In this document: positions 50,085 through 59,713 of the stretch, piece by piece
Layout: each line of letters opens with the position of its first letter
Position numbering within the stretch: the first letter of the stretch is position 1
NCBI GenBank assembly: GCA_905197665.1
Contig: CAJJZP010000004.1
Location: 48,491-112,490, forward strand
Length of the DNA: 64,000 nucleotides
Source: an uncultured Collinsella sp.
GTDB taxonomy: Bacteria; Actinomycetota; Coriobacteriia; Coriobacteriales; Coriobacteriaceae
Reading direction: 5' to 3'
Notes under the pieces: model-generated
Database searches by the model: none
Seen by the model: only the letters and a program-made list of their open reading frames with translations
What the model was told of the DNA's origin: nothing
Made by a program: the position numbers and the translations under genes

Positions 50085-52049
50085 ATGGCAGAGAACCAGA
50101 ACGCCGCCGATCAGGCATCGACGCTCAACGACGAGCGCGCCACCCGCCTGGCCAAGCGCGCCGCCCTGTTCGAGGCGGGCCAGAACCCCTATCCCGAGCA
50201 CTCCGAGATTGAGGACTACGTCGTCGACATCGAGACTAAGTACGCCGAGCTCACCGATGGCGAGGACACCGAGGACGTCGTGAAGATCGGCGGCCGTGTG
50301 GTCGCCAAGCGCGGTCAGGGCAAGATCATGTTCATCGTCGTGCGCGACGCGACCGGCGAGATCCAGCTGTTCTGCCGCATCAACGATATGGACGAGGCCG
50401 CCTGGAATACGCTCAAGGCCCTCGACCTGGGCGATATCCTGGGCGTGACCGGCGTGGTCGTGCGTACCAAGCGTGGTCAGCTTTCCGTTGCCCCCAAGAG
50501 CGCGACGCTGCTGTCCAAGGCCGTTCGCCCGCTGCCCGAGAAGTTCCACGGTCTCTCCGACAAGGAGACCCGCTATCGTCAGCGTTATGTCGACCTGATC
50601 GCCAACGACGACGTTCGCGAGACCTTCCGCAAGCGCTCGCAGATCCTCTCCACGTTCCGCCGCTTTATGGAGTCCGATGGCTACATGGAGGTCGAGACTC
50701 CTATCCTGCAGACCATCCAGGGCGGAGCTACTGCCAAGCCGTTCATCTCGCACTTCAACGCGCTCGATCAGGAGTGCTACCTGCGTATCGCCACCGAGCT
50801 GCACCTCAAGCGCTGCATCGTCGGCGGCTTTGAGCGCGTTTTCGAGATCGGCCGCATCTTCCGCAACGAGGGTATGGACCTTACCCATAACCCCGAGTTC
50901 ACCACGATGGAGGCCTACCGCGCCTTCTCCGATCTCGAGGGCATGAAGGCGCTCGCCCAGGGTGTCATTAAGGCCGCTAACAAGGCTATCGGCAACCCCG
51001 AGGTTATTGAGTACCAGGGCCAGACCATCGACCTTTCTGGTGAGTGGGCAAGCCGTTCCATGACCGATATCGTCTCTGACGTGATTGGTAAGCAGGTCAC
51101 CATCGACACGCCGGTTGAGGAGCTTGCTGCCGCCGCACGCGAGAAGGGCCTGGAGATTAAGCCCGAGTGGACCGCCGGCAAGATCATCGCCGAGATCTAT
51201 GACGAGCTGGGCGAGGACACCATCGTCAACCCCACCTTCGTGTGCGATTACCCCATCGAGGTTAGCCCGCTTGCCAAGCGCTTTGAGGATGATCCGCGCC
51301 TGACCCATCGCTTTGAGCTGGTCATCGCCGGTCACGAGTACGCCAACGCGTTCTCCGAGCTCAACGACCCGGTCGACCAGGCCGAGCGCTTCGCTGCCCA
51401 GATGGCCGAGAAGGCCGGTGGCGACGATGAGGCCATGGAGTACGACGAGGATTACGTGCGCGCCCTCGAGTACGGTATGCCTCCCGCGGGTGGCATCGGC
51501 ATCGGTATCGACCGCGTGGTCATGCTGCTCACCAACCAGGCTTCCATCCGCGACGTGCTGCTGTTCCCGCACATGAAGCCCGAGAAGGGTTTCCAGTCCG
51601 GTGCCGCTGCTGCCAAAGCTGCCGAGGCCGGCAACACCGCGAGCCCCTTCGTCAAGCCGCTCAAGCCCACGGTTGATTATTCCAAGATTGCCGTCGAGCC
51701 GCTGTTTGAGGAGTTCGTCGACTTTGATACCTTCTCCAAGAGCGACTTCCGCGCCGTGAAGGTCAAGGCATGCGAGGCCGTCAAGAAGTCCAAGAAGCTG
51801 CTGAACTTTACGCTCGATGACGGCACCGGCACCGACCGCACCATCCTCTCCGGCATTCACGATTATTACGAGCCCGAGGATCTGGTCGGCAAGACCCTGC
51901 TCGCCATCACCAACCTGCCTCCGCGCAAGATGATGGGCATCCCAAGCTGCGGTATGCTCATCAGCGCCATCCACGAGGAGGAGGGCGAGGAGCGTCTCAA
52001 CCTGATCCAGCTCGACGCTTCCATCCCTGCCGGCGCGAAGATGTACTAA
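50085..52049 (+). CDS. lysS: Lysyl-tRNA synthetase (class II) with C-terminal tRNA-binding domain
   Basis: YRQRYVDL, FRNEG...THNPEFT and YGMPP.GG.GIGIDR motifs; extra MetRS-C/Trbp111-like domain. Confidence 0.96.
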   Translation: MAENQNAADQASTLNDERATRLAKRAALFEAGQNPYPEHSEIEDYVVDIETKYAELTDGEDTEDVVKIGGRVVAKRGQGKIMFIVVRDATGEIQLFCRINDMDEAAWNTLKALDLGDILGVTGVVVRTKRGQLSVAPKSATLLSKAVRPLPEKFHGLSDKETRYRQRYVDLIANDDVRETFRKRSQILSTFRRFMESDGYMEVETPILQTIQGGATAKPFISHFNALDQECYLRIATELHLKRCIVGGFERVFEIGRIFRNEGMDLTHNPEFTTMEAYRAFSDLEGMKALAQGVIKAANKAIGNPEVIEYQGQTIDLSGEWASRSMTDIVSDVIGKQVTIDTPVEELAAAAREKGLEIKPEWTAGKIIAEIYDELGEDTIVNPTFVCDYPIEVSPLAKRFEDDPRLTHRFELVIAGHEYANAFSELNDPVDQAERFAAQMAEKAGGDDEAMEYDEDYVRALEYGMPPAGGIGIGIDRVVMLLTNQASIRDVLLFPHMKPEKGFQSGAAAAKAAEAGNTASPFVKPLKPTVDYSKIAVEPLFEEFVDFDTFSKSDFRAVKVKACEAVKKSKKLLNFTLDDGTGTDRTILSGIHDYYEPEDLVGKTLLAITNLPPRKMMGIPSCGMLISAIHEEEGEERLNLIQLDASIPAGAKMY

Positions 52050-52052
52050 CTA

Positions 52053-52079
52053 GTTACGCGGTTCTACGAACCGCGTAAC
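52053..52079. repeat. gttacgcggtt palindrome (second copy)
   Basis: gttacgcggtt-ctacg-aaccgcgtaac. Confidence 0.75.
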
Positions 52080-52295
52080 GGCTCGACGCTGCGCGGGCCG
52101 CATTTGGACAATCTGACGTTCAACTTCAAGGGCGCGACCAGAAGGTCAGCGCCCTTTCGTTTCACGTCACCTTGTCTCAAATGCAGCCCGCTCGCTGACT
52201 TATGCTCAACCTGCGGCGCCATTTTGTTTGAAGGCACCTTGCTCACTCTGGCGGGCTTTCGCTGTCCGTCCTCTATCTGCGGTGTTGCCCTGGTT

Positions 52296-52336
52296 GGCAC
52301 TTGGGGACGTTCCTTTTGTGCCGGCACTTGGGGACA
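52296..52336. repeat. REP-like GGGGAC hairpin with tandem partial copy
   Basis: ggcacttggggacgttccttttgtgcc followed by ggcacttggggac. Confidence 0.65.
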
Positions 52337-52467
52337 GTCCTAGTCGTCTGGGGTCTACCGGCGCATTGGGGGTTTACGCCTTCCATGCATGACAGTCGTC
52401 TCTTTTATGTTTCCTTTAGCCGTCGCTGCCTAGGATGGGGGTTAGTCGGTAGGAAGGGAGCGTCTAT

Positions 52468-54036
52468 ATGAACGACGCGAGCGATCGTGCAATCGAAGAG
52501 GACATGCTCGATCAGTTCAATTACTTTGACGATGAGGACGAGGAGCTGATCGATCGTCGCGAGCCGGCGTCGCTCGATGCTTTCGACCTTGTTGATGAAG
52601 GGCCCGACGAGGACGAGGTCGAATCGACGGAACCCCCACAGCCTTCGCGCCATGATTCGTTGCTCTCAAGAGTCCCTCTGCACCACGGTGTTCGTGCCGG
52701 CGCCCTCCATATGAAAACCGACTGGTGCCAGATCGTGACGGCAGGCGGTGAGCTTGCCGTCGATGCGCCGCTCACCGATAAATCATCCATCATTTGCCGC
52801 ACCGGTATGCTTATGCTCGCGAGCGGAACGGGTGCCTGGCGTGTACGCGATACCATGAATCGCGTCGCCGCTGTACTCGGTGTCACCATCCACGTTGACT
52901 TAAGTCTCCTGTCGTTTGAGTGTACTTGTATCGAAGATGGTCACTGCTTTAACGAGGTCGTCAGCCTACCCACAACGGGGGTCAATACTCATCGCATATG
53001 GATGATGGAGAGCTTCTTAAAGGAAATCGAGGTTTACGGGCGCCGGTTTACCGTGCATGAGTACCACGAGATGCTCAAGACCGTTGAGAGTTCAAAACCC
53101 GATTACACTCCCTGGCAACAGGGCATTGCGGCGGCCTGTGCTTGCGGCGCCTTTGTCTTTTTGCTCGGCGGCGGCCCTATCGAGATGGCCTGTGCATTTG
53201 TGGGCGCTGGTGTCGGCAACTTTGCGCGCTCCCATATTCTCAAGCAGGGCCTTGGCCAGTTTAGCGCGCTGACGATCGGCGTTGCACTCGCTTGCGTCTC
53301 GTATCTGCTGGCATTGCTTGGCCTTGGCCAGGTCATACCGGGGGCAATGTCGCACCAAGAAGGCTATATCGGCGCCATGCTCTTTGTGATCCCCGGCTTT
53401 CCTCTCATTACGGCAGGCCTCGACATCGCTAAGCTCGACATGCGAAGCGGTATTGAGCGTCTTTCGTATGCTGTGTCGATTATTGTGATGGCGACCCTCG
53501 TAGGCTGGATGGTTGCCGAGTGTGTGGGGCTGGCGCCGGATGATTTTGCCCCGCTCGGCCTCTCACCGTTGGCTCTTACACTCTTGCGTATTGTGATGAG
53601 CTTTGTCGGAGTATTTGGCTTCTCGGTTATGTTCAACAGTCCGGTAAAGATGGCAGCGGCGGCAGGGCTCATCGGCGCCGTGTCTAATACCTTGCGCCTT
53701 ACGCTCGTCGATGCGCCGACGCTGTTTCCCTTCCTGGGTCTGAGCGTGGGTATGCCTCCCGAGGCAGCAGCGTTTATCGGCGCGCTGGTATCGGGACTGC
53801 TCGCGAGCTTAGCTGAAATCAAACTCACCTACCCACGCATCGCCCTCACGGTGCCGTCGATTGTCATTATGGTGCCGGGCTTGTATCTGTATCGCTCGAT
53901 GTATTACATGTGCACCTTCGACACGGTCAATATGCTCGGCTGGTTTGTGCGTGCAGTGCTCATCGTGGCGTTTCTGCCCGTTGGCCTGGGCGTGGCGCGT
54001 ACGCTCACCGACCCTCGCTGGCGCCACACCAGCTAA
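52468..54036 (+). CDS. ThrE-family threonine/serine exporter (fused two-domain)
   Basis: G..ML.SG....RV..TM, IPGFPL and VPG...YR motifs; about 10 TM helices. Confidence 0.85.
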   Translation: MNDASDRAIEEDMLDQFNYFDDEDEELIDRREPASLDAFDLVDEGPDEDEVESTEPPQPSRHDSLLSRVPLHHGVRAGALHMKTDWCQIVTAGGELAVDAPLTDKSSIICRTGMLMLASGTGAWRVRDTMNRVAAVLGVTIHVDLSLLSFECTCIEDGHCFNEVVSLPTTGVNTHRIWMMESFLKEIEVYGRRFTVHEYHEMLKTVESSKPDYTPWQQGIAAACACGAFVFLLGGGPIEMACAFVGAGVGNFARSHILKQGLGQFSALTIGVALACVSYLLALLGLGQVIPGAMSHQEGYIGAMLFVIPGFPLITAGLDIAKLDMRSGIERLSYAVSIIVMATLVGWMVAECVGLAPDDFAPLGLSPLALTLLRIVMSFVGVFGFSVMFNSPVKMAAAAGLIGAVSNTLRLTLVDAPTLFPFLGLSVGMPPEAAAFIGALVSGLLASLAEIKLTYPRIALTVPSIVIMVPGLYLYRSMYYMCTFDTVNMLGWFVRAVLIVAFLPVGLGVARTLTDPRWRHTS

Positions 54037-54064
54037 TTGGCGCAAGTGAAACTGATCCGCATAA

Positions 54065-54134
54065 CATGAACGTGGATAATCTCCCGTTTTTGGCCTGTTT
54101 ACGGGCTCAAAACGGGAGATTACCCACGTTCATG
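54065..54134. repeat. Long intergenic hairpin (~26-bp arms)
   Basis: catgaacgtggataatctcccgtttt ... aaaacgggagattacccacgttcatg. Confidence 0.8.
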
Positions 54135-54335
54135 GAATGGGTGTCCGAAAATCCACGCTCGTTGGGCCGATGCAGACGCACCTGGCGATTCCTTTTTTGT
54201 AGACGTTGTCGCGCGGCTACGGGCAGGAAAGGTCCCAACGGTTAACATATACTCCATATGGGTAAAGAGACCAAAGCGCTGCCGCGGGGCGGCGCTTTGC
54301 GTTTGAAAAAACTAGCTCGTCTAAGAGGAACTAGC

Positions 54336-56978
54336 ATGTTAGACCGTTTTACCGATCGCGCGCGCAAGGTCATGTCCATGGCCAAGCAAGAGGCGCTCGA
54401 TCTTCATTCAAATAAGGTGGGTACCGAGCACCTGCTGCTCGCGCTTGCCAAGGAGGACGAGGGCATTGCCGCCGAGGCACTGCGTTCGCTCGACATCTCC
54501 TACGATGACATCATGGATACTCTCAAAGAGGTCCAGACCACGGTTCCCGAGCCCAGTGAGGAGACCGAGGCCGCTAAGCTCGCCTTTACGCCGCTCGTCA
54601 TTAGCGTGATGGAGCGTTCATTCCGCGTGGCGCGTGAGAACAACCAGACCTACGTGTCGACCGAGCACTTGCTGATCGGCATCGTCGAAGAGGGCAACGG
54701 CATGGCCATGGACATCCTCATGCGCTTGGGTGTGTCGTCCGCCTCCATCAAAAAGGCTATCGAGAAACTCACCGCCAAGGACCAGGACAAGAAGCGTCCG
54801 CTCGCCGGCGCCGGTGCTGGTCGTCCCGGCGCGGGCCTGCCGTTCTTTAGCGGCTCGGATGCCTCTCAGCAAAAGGGGAGTGGCACCGATACGCTTAAGC
54901 AGTTCGCGACCAACCTCACGCAGAAGGCGCGCGACGGCGAGCTCGACCCTGTAATTGGTCGCGAAAAGGAAGTCCAGCGTATGATGGAAATTCTTTCGCG
55001 CCGCACCAAGAACAACCCGCTCATTCTGGGCGACCCCGGCGTGGGCAAGACGGCCATCGTCGAGGGCCTGGCACAGCAGATCGCTGCCGGCAATGTGCCC
55101 GAGAACCTTATGAACCAGAACATCTGGACGCTTGACCTGCCGGGTCTTGTCGCGGGCGCCAAGTATCGCGGTGAGTTTGAGGAGCGCCTCAAGAACGTGA
55201 TCCAGGAGGCGACCGAGGCCGACGACGTCATTCTGTTTATCGACGAGATGCACACCATCATCGGTGCCGGTTCTGCCGAGGGATCCATCGATGCAAGCTC
55301 CATGCTCAAGCCCGTGCTCGCGCGTGGTGCCTTCCAGATTATCGGCGCCACCACGGCCGAGGAATTCCGCAAGTACCTCACCAAGGACCCGGCCTTCGAG
55401 CGTCGCTTCCAGACCATCGATGTCGAGGAGCCGAGCGTCGAGGACACGGTCAAGATCCTGACCGCGCTCAAGCCGCGCTACGAGGAGCACCACCATGTGC
55501 GCTATACGCAGGGTGCTATCGAGGCCGCCGCGAACCTTTCCAACCGCTACATCCAGGATCGCTTCCTGCCCGATAAGGCCATCGACCTCATTGACGAGGC
55601 CGGTGCCCGCGCCCGCATCGCCGCCAACCGCGCGCCCGAGCCGGTGCGCGAGGCCGAGCATCGCATAGAGGAGCTCAAGACCGCCGCGCAGGAGGCCACC
55701 GAGAGCGACGACATGAACAAGGCCGCCGAGATCACCGAGCAGCAGAAGGCTGCCGAGATCGAACTCGCCGAGGCCAAGGCTGCCTGGACCGCCGAGCTCG
55801 ACGCCAGCCCGCTCACCATCGATGTGAGTCAGATCGCCGATATCGTGTCCGTGACTTCGGGCGTGCCGGTGTCCTCGCTTACCGAGAGCGAGAGCCGTCG
55901 CCTGCTGCAGGCAGAAAGCGTGCTCAAGACGCGCATCATCGGTCAGGATGAGGCTGTCGAGGCCGTTGCCAAGGCCGTGCGCCGCAGCCGCTCGCCGCTC
56001 AAGGACCCGCGTCGCCCCGGCGGTAGCTTTATCTTCCTGGGTCCCACCGGCACAGGCAAGACCGAGCTCGCCAAGACGCTCGCCGAGTACCTCTTTGGCA
56101 GCAAGGACGCGCTCATCAGCTTCGACATGTCCGAGTTCGGTAGCGAGTTCGAGGTATCCAAGCTCATCGGTAGCCCTCCGGGTTACGTTGGTCACGACGA
56201 GGGCGGCCAGCTCACTAAGGCCGTTCGTCGCCACCCGTACTCGGTCGTGCTGTTCGACGAGATCGAGAAGGCGCACCCCGATATCTTCAACATCCTGCTG
56301 CAGGTGCTGGAGGAGGGTCGTCTGACCGATAGCCAGGGCAAGACGGTCGACTTCCGCAACACCGTGATCATCATGACATCCAACGTGGGCGCCCGCGAGA
56401 TCGCGCAGGATGCGAGTGTGGGCTTTGGCACCACCGGCGAGCAGGGCCTCACCTCGAGTGAGATCCGCGGCCGCGCGATGGGCGAGCTCAAGCGCCTGTT
56501 CCGCCCCGAGCTGCTCAACCGTATCGACGACATCGTGGTGTTCCAGAAGCTCTCGGGCGAGAACCTGACCAAGATCGCGCACCTGCTGGTGGACGACCTG
56601 CGTCAGCGTTTGATTGCCAACGGCATGAACATTAAGCTCACCGATGCGGCCTATGACAAGATCGTGGCCGAGGGCACCGACCTCACCAACGGTGCGCGTC
56701 CGCTGCGCCGTGCTATTCAAAAGCTCATCGAGGACCCGCTGTCCGAGGAGCTTCTGGCCGGCGAGTGGGGCGAGGGCGATACCGTCCTGTGCGACGTGGC
56801 CGATGGCAAGTTTGTCTTTAGCCATGGCACGGGCGAGATCCCGGCACCGCGTCCGGCGGGCACGCTCGGTGGCGATACCGCCCCGGCGGCACCGCACACC
56901 GGCAACGCCGCGCCCGTGAGCGGCGGCGTGACCTCGGGCCCCGGCGGTATGATGCAAGCCGGCTCTGGCGCGCTGTAG
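54336..56978 (+). CDS. clpC: ATP-dependent Clp protease ATPase subunit ClpC
   Basis: Clp-N repeats, Walker A motifs GDPGVGKT and [21 protein letters not shown] ClpP-docking loop, GARPLRR. Confidence 0.93.
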   Translation: MLDRFTDRARKVMSMAKQEALDLHSNKVGTEHLLLALAKEDEGIAAEALRSLDISYDDIMDTLKEVQTTVPEPSEETEAAKLAFTPLVISVMERSFRVARENNQTYVSTEHLLIGIVEEGNGMAMDILMRLGVSSASIKKAIEKLTAKDQDKKRPLAGAGAGRPGAGLPFFSGSDASQQKGSGTDTLKQFATNLTQKARDGELDPVIGREKEVQRMMEILSRRTKNNPLILGDPGVGKTAIVEGLAQQIAAGNVPENLMNQNIWTLDLPGLVAGAKYRGEFEERLKNVIQEATEADDVILFIDEMHTIIGAGSAEGSIDASSMLKPVLARGAFQIIGATTAEEFRKYLTKDPAFERRFQTIDVEEPSVEDTVKILTALKPRYEEHHHVRYTQGAIEAAANLSNRYIQDRFLPDKAIDLIDEAGARARIAANRAPEPVREAEHRIEELKTAAQEATESDDMNKAAEITEQQKAAEIELAEAKAAWTAELDASPLTIDVSQIADIVSVTSGVPVSSLTESESRRLLQAESVLKTRIIGQDEAVEAVAKAVRRSRSPLKDPRRPGGSFIFLGPTGTGKTELAKTLAEYLFGSKDALISFDMSEFGSEFEVSKLIGSPPGYVGHDEGGQLTKAVRRHPYSVVLFDEIEKAHPDIFNILLQVLEEGRLTDSQGKTVDFRNTVIIMTSNVGAREIAQDASVGFGTTGEQGLTSSEIRGRAMGELKRLFRPELLNRIDDIVVFQKLSGENLTKIAHLLVDDLRQRLIANGMNIKLTDAAYDKIVAEGTDLTNGARPLRRAIQKLIEDPLSEELLAGEWGEGDTVLCDVADGKFVFSHGTGEIPAPRPAGTLGGDTAPAAPHTGNAAPVSGGVTSGPGGMMQAGSGAL

Positions 56979-57001
56979 GGATTAAACATACCTTGTATAA
57001 C

Positions 57002-57036
57002 GGGGGCGTTTCCGATAAGGAAGCGCCCTCATTTCT
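57002..57036 (+). terminator. Terminator-like hairpin after clpC
   Basis: gggggcgtttcc...ggaagcgccctc followed by atttct. Confidence 0.55.
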
Positions 57037-57060
57037 ATTGAAATGCGCTTCAATCTGCCG

Positions 57061-57091
57061 TGCTATACTAAAATCGAGATATAGTATAGCA
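57061..57091. promoter_or_regulatory. Autoregulatory operator palindrome of the TA operon
   Basis: tgctatacta-N11-tagtatagca; contains a TATACT -10-like box and abuts the AAGGAG RBS. Confidence 0.75.
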
Positions 57092-57102
57092 AAGGAGCTG
57101 AT

Positions 57103-57462
57103 ATGCCTACGTCAATACTCGACACGCGGCCAGTTCAGATGAACGTGCGTATAGATCGCCAGCTCAAAGAGGCGGGAGACGCCGTCCTGACTCATATTGG
57201 CATGACGCCGTCACAAGCCGTTCGGACACTTTGGGAGTATCTGGTCGTTAACGGACGCATGCCCTCGAAGGGAGATGCGGCGGCTCCGGTTTCTGACGGA
57301 GTGGAGCCCCAGCGCATGGAGTCAAGGGCCACGCAAGGCAGCCATATCGTTCGCGATTCGTGCCTCAAATACGGCATCCCCATCCCTGAGTTCTCGGGAG
57401 ACTATGACGACCTCTATGAGGAGGCCATGGCGGAGCGCTATCCCGAATGGGTGGAACTATGA
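57103..57462 (+). CDS. RelB/DinJ-like ribbon-helix-helix antitoxin
   Basis: QMNVRIDRQLKEAGDAVL..IGMTPSQAVR; ATGA overlap with the next gene. Confidence 0.8.
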   Translation: MPTSILDTRPVQMNVRIDRQLKEAGDAVLTHIGMTPSQAVRTLWEYLVVNGRMPSKGDAAAPVSDGVEPQRMESRATQGSHIVRDSCLKYGIPIPEFSGDYDDLYEEAMAERYPEWVEL

Positions 57463-57980
57463 GCACAGAAGGCGTCCTCAAGCTGTTAATCGATACCAAC
57501 GTATGGATGGATTATTTTTCTGGCAGGTCCGACCGTACGGCAAATGTCGTCCATCTGATCGAGATTGCCGACGCCTCGGAGCGGATTGCCCTGTTTGCCT
57601 CGTCGCTTTCGGTCAAAGACGTTTCATATCTTGTCTCGGCGGCAATCAAGCAGGAGTGCCGAAGAAAGACTGGCTCACTGAGCGATAACGCCATTGCGGC
57701 GGCAGACGAAACGGCTTGGGCATGCGTTCGACAGATGCGCGAGCTAGCCCTCATCGCCCCGGTCGGTGCAGACGAGGTCTTCGACTCCTTTGTGTTCAAG
57801 TACCACCACAATGACTTTGAGGACGACCTGATGCTGGGCGTCGCCAATCGCATTGATGCCGATTACGTCGTGACGGAGGACAAGAATCTTATTAAACATA
57901 CCAATGGTGTATGCATTAATGTTCAACAGGCGTTGAGGTTGGTTGAAGGGTCCAACGCCCCTTCGGCACGGCCCGTCTAG
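57459..57980 (+). CDS. PIN-domain (VapC-like) toxin
   Basis: LLIDTNVWMD, DFED and ADYVVTEDK acidic motifs. Confidence 0.85.
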   Translation: MSTEGVLKLLIDTNVWMDYFSGRSDRTANVVHLIEIADASERIALFASSLSVKDVSYLVSAAIKQECRRKTGSLSDNAIAAADETAWACVRQMRELALIAPVGADEVFDSFVFKYHHNDFEDDLMLGVANRIDADYVVTEDKNLIKHTNGVCINVQQALRLVEGSNAPSARPV

Positions 57981-58128
57981 CCTGCTTTATCTTAATAAAG
58001 TGGCGTTTCCCCGCCGTTAGCCGATGATGCAAGGGCGCTCGGCGTTTTCGACTGGTTTATGCACGCAAAGTCTGGGAATATACAAGTCGCATATCTTACT
58101 GTCTTACCAGTTGCGCCAAGGAGGCACC

Positions 58129-59586
58129 ATGGACTACAAGATCACCGGCTATGAGCCCGCCCAGCTGTTCCATTTCTTTGAGGAGGTCAGCGCGATTCCC
58201 CGTGGGTCTGGCAACGAGAAGGGCATCAGCGATTTCCTGGTCGCGTTTGCCAAGGAGCGCGGCCTCGATGTGTATCAGGACGAGGTCTACAACGTCATCA
58301 TTCGCAAGCCCGCATCTGCCGGTGCCGAGAATGCCCCGACCGTGATGCTGCAGGGCCACATCGATATGGTGTGCGACAAGTTGGGCTCCGTTGAGCACGA
58401 CTTTATGACCGATGGTATCGACCTGGTCGTCAAGGACGGCGTCCTCACCGCCAACGGTACCACCCTGGGTGCCGACAACGGTATCGCCGTCGCTCTGATG
58501 CTCACTGTTCTCGATGACGATTCGATCGTTCACCCCGCCCTCGAGTGCGTATTCACCACCGACGAGGAGACTGGCCTGGTCGGCGCCGAGACGCTCGACA
58601 AGTCCCAGATTAGCGCCCGCACCATGATTAACCTTGACTCCGAGGAAGAGGGCGTTGCCACCGTCAGCTGCGCCGGCGGCGTCGTCGTTACCTACACCTG
58701 CCCGATCGTGCGCGAGCACAAGACCGGTAGCACCCTCACGCTCGACATCTCCGGCCTGCTGGGCGGTCACTCCGGCAGCGATATCCACCTGGAGCGCGGC
58801 AACGGCAACCTCATCATGGCCCGCATCATCGACCGCCTGATGGTCGCCGGCGAGCCCGCCATCGTTAGCTTTAACGGCGGCACCAAGGACAACGCCATCA
58901 ACCGTGAATGCAAGGCTGTTCTGGTCTACGCCGACCACGCTGCCGCCGAGGCCGCGGCCCAGATCGCAAAGGGCATCATCGCCGACGTCGCTGCCGAGCT
59001 CGAGGTCTTCGACCCCGGCTTTACCTGCACCGTCGAGATTGCCGACGACGCCGAGGTCGAGGCCATGGACCAGAAGTCCGCGCTTGCCCTTATCCGCGCC
59101 CTGCGTCTTGCCCCTAACGGCGTGATTCGCCGCAATGTCGCCACCGACGGCTCCGTCGAGGTTTCCTCCAACATCGGTGTGGTTGCCACCTCTGACGACG
59201 AGGTTAAGATCATGCTTTCCCCGCGCTCCTCGATCACCTCGCTGCAGAACGAGTTCAAGGATCGTTTGCAGACGCTTGCCGATGTCCTGGGCTTCGACGC
59301 CAAGTTTGAGTTCGAGTATCCCGGCTGGAGCTATGCCGAGCATTCGCCGGTCCGCGACGTCTTTGTCGAGAGCTATCGCGAGCTCTTTGGCTCCGAGCTG
59401 CGCATCGAGTCCATTCACGCCGGCCTTGAGTGCGGCCTGTTTGCCGAGGCCCTGCACGGCCTGGACGCCATCGCCGTGGGCCCGACGCTCTCCGATGTCC
59501 ACACCCCGGACGAGAGCATGGAGCTCGCTTCTGCCGAGCGCTTCTACGAGCTGCTCATCGACGTGCTCAAGCGCCTCGCCGCGTAA
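58129..59586 (+). CDS. pepD: Aminoacyl-histidine dipeptidase
   Basis: IPRGS.NE, LQGHIDMV, TTLGADNG, DEE.GL, GGHSG, IHAGLECG and H.PDE motifs. Confidence 0.92.
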   Translation: MDYKITGYEPAQLFHFFEEVSAIPRGSGNEKGISDFLVAFAKERGLDVYQDEVYNVIIRKPASAGAENAPTVMLQGHIDMVCDKLGSVEHDFMTDGIDLVVKDGVLTANGTTLGADNGIAVALMLTVLDDDSIVHPALECVFTTDEETGLVGAETLDKSQISARTMINLDSEEEGVATVSCAGGVVVTYTCPIVREHKTGSTLTLDISGLLGGHSGSDIHLERGNGNLIMARIIDRLMVAGEPAIVSFNGGTKDNAINRECKAVLVYADHAAAEAAAQIAKGIIADVAAELEVFDPGFTCTVEIADDAEVEAMDQKSALALIRALRLAPNGVIRRNVATDGSVEVSSNIGVVATSDDEVKIMLSPRSSITSLQNEFKDRLQTLADVLGFDAKFEFEYPGWSYAEHSPVRDVFVESYRELFGSELRIESIHAGLECGLFAEALHGLDAIAVGPTLSDVHTPDESMELASAERFYELLIDVLKRLAA

Positions 59587-59644
59587 AGGTCACATTAACG
59601 GCGATCTAAAACCTTTGCTGATGGGTTGCAAATGACATTACGAG

Positions 59645-59688
59645 AGGGGGCACCCGAGCTTTTGCGACGGGTGCCCCCTTTCTTCTTT
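59645..59688. terminator. Terminator between convergent pepD and hipA
   Basis: agggggcacccg...cgggtgccccct followed by a T-rich tract. Confidence 0.75.
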
Positions 59689-59713
59689 TAAGAAATGGGA
59701 AATTGATTGGCGT

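Noticed and set aside
39965..59502. Long antisense ORFs over asnB, lysS, clpC and pepD
   Set aside because: Same-register antisense artefacts with no family motifs.
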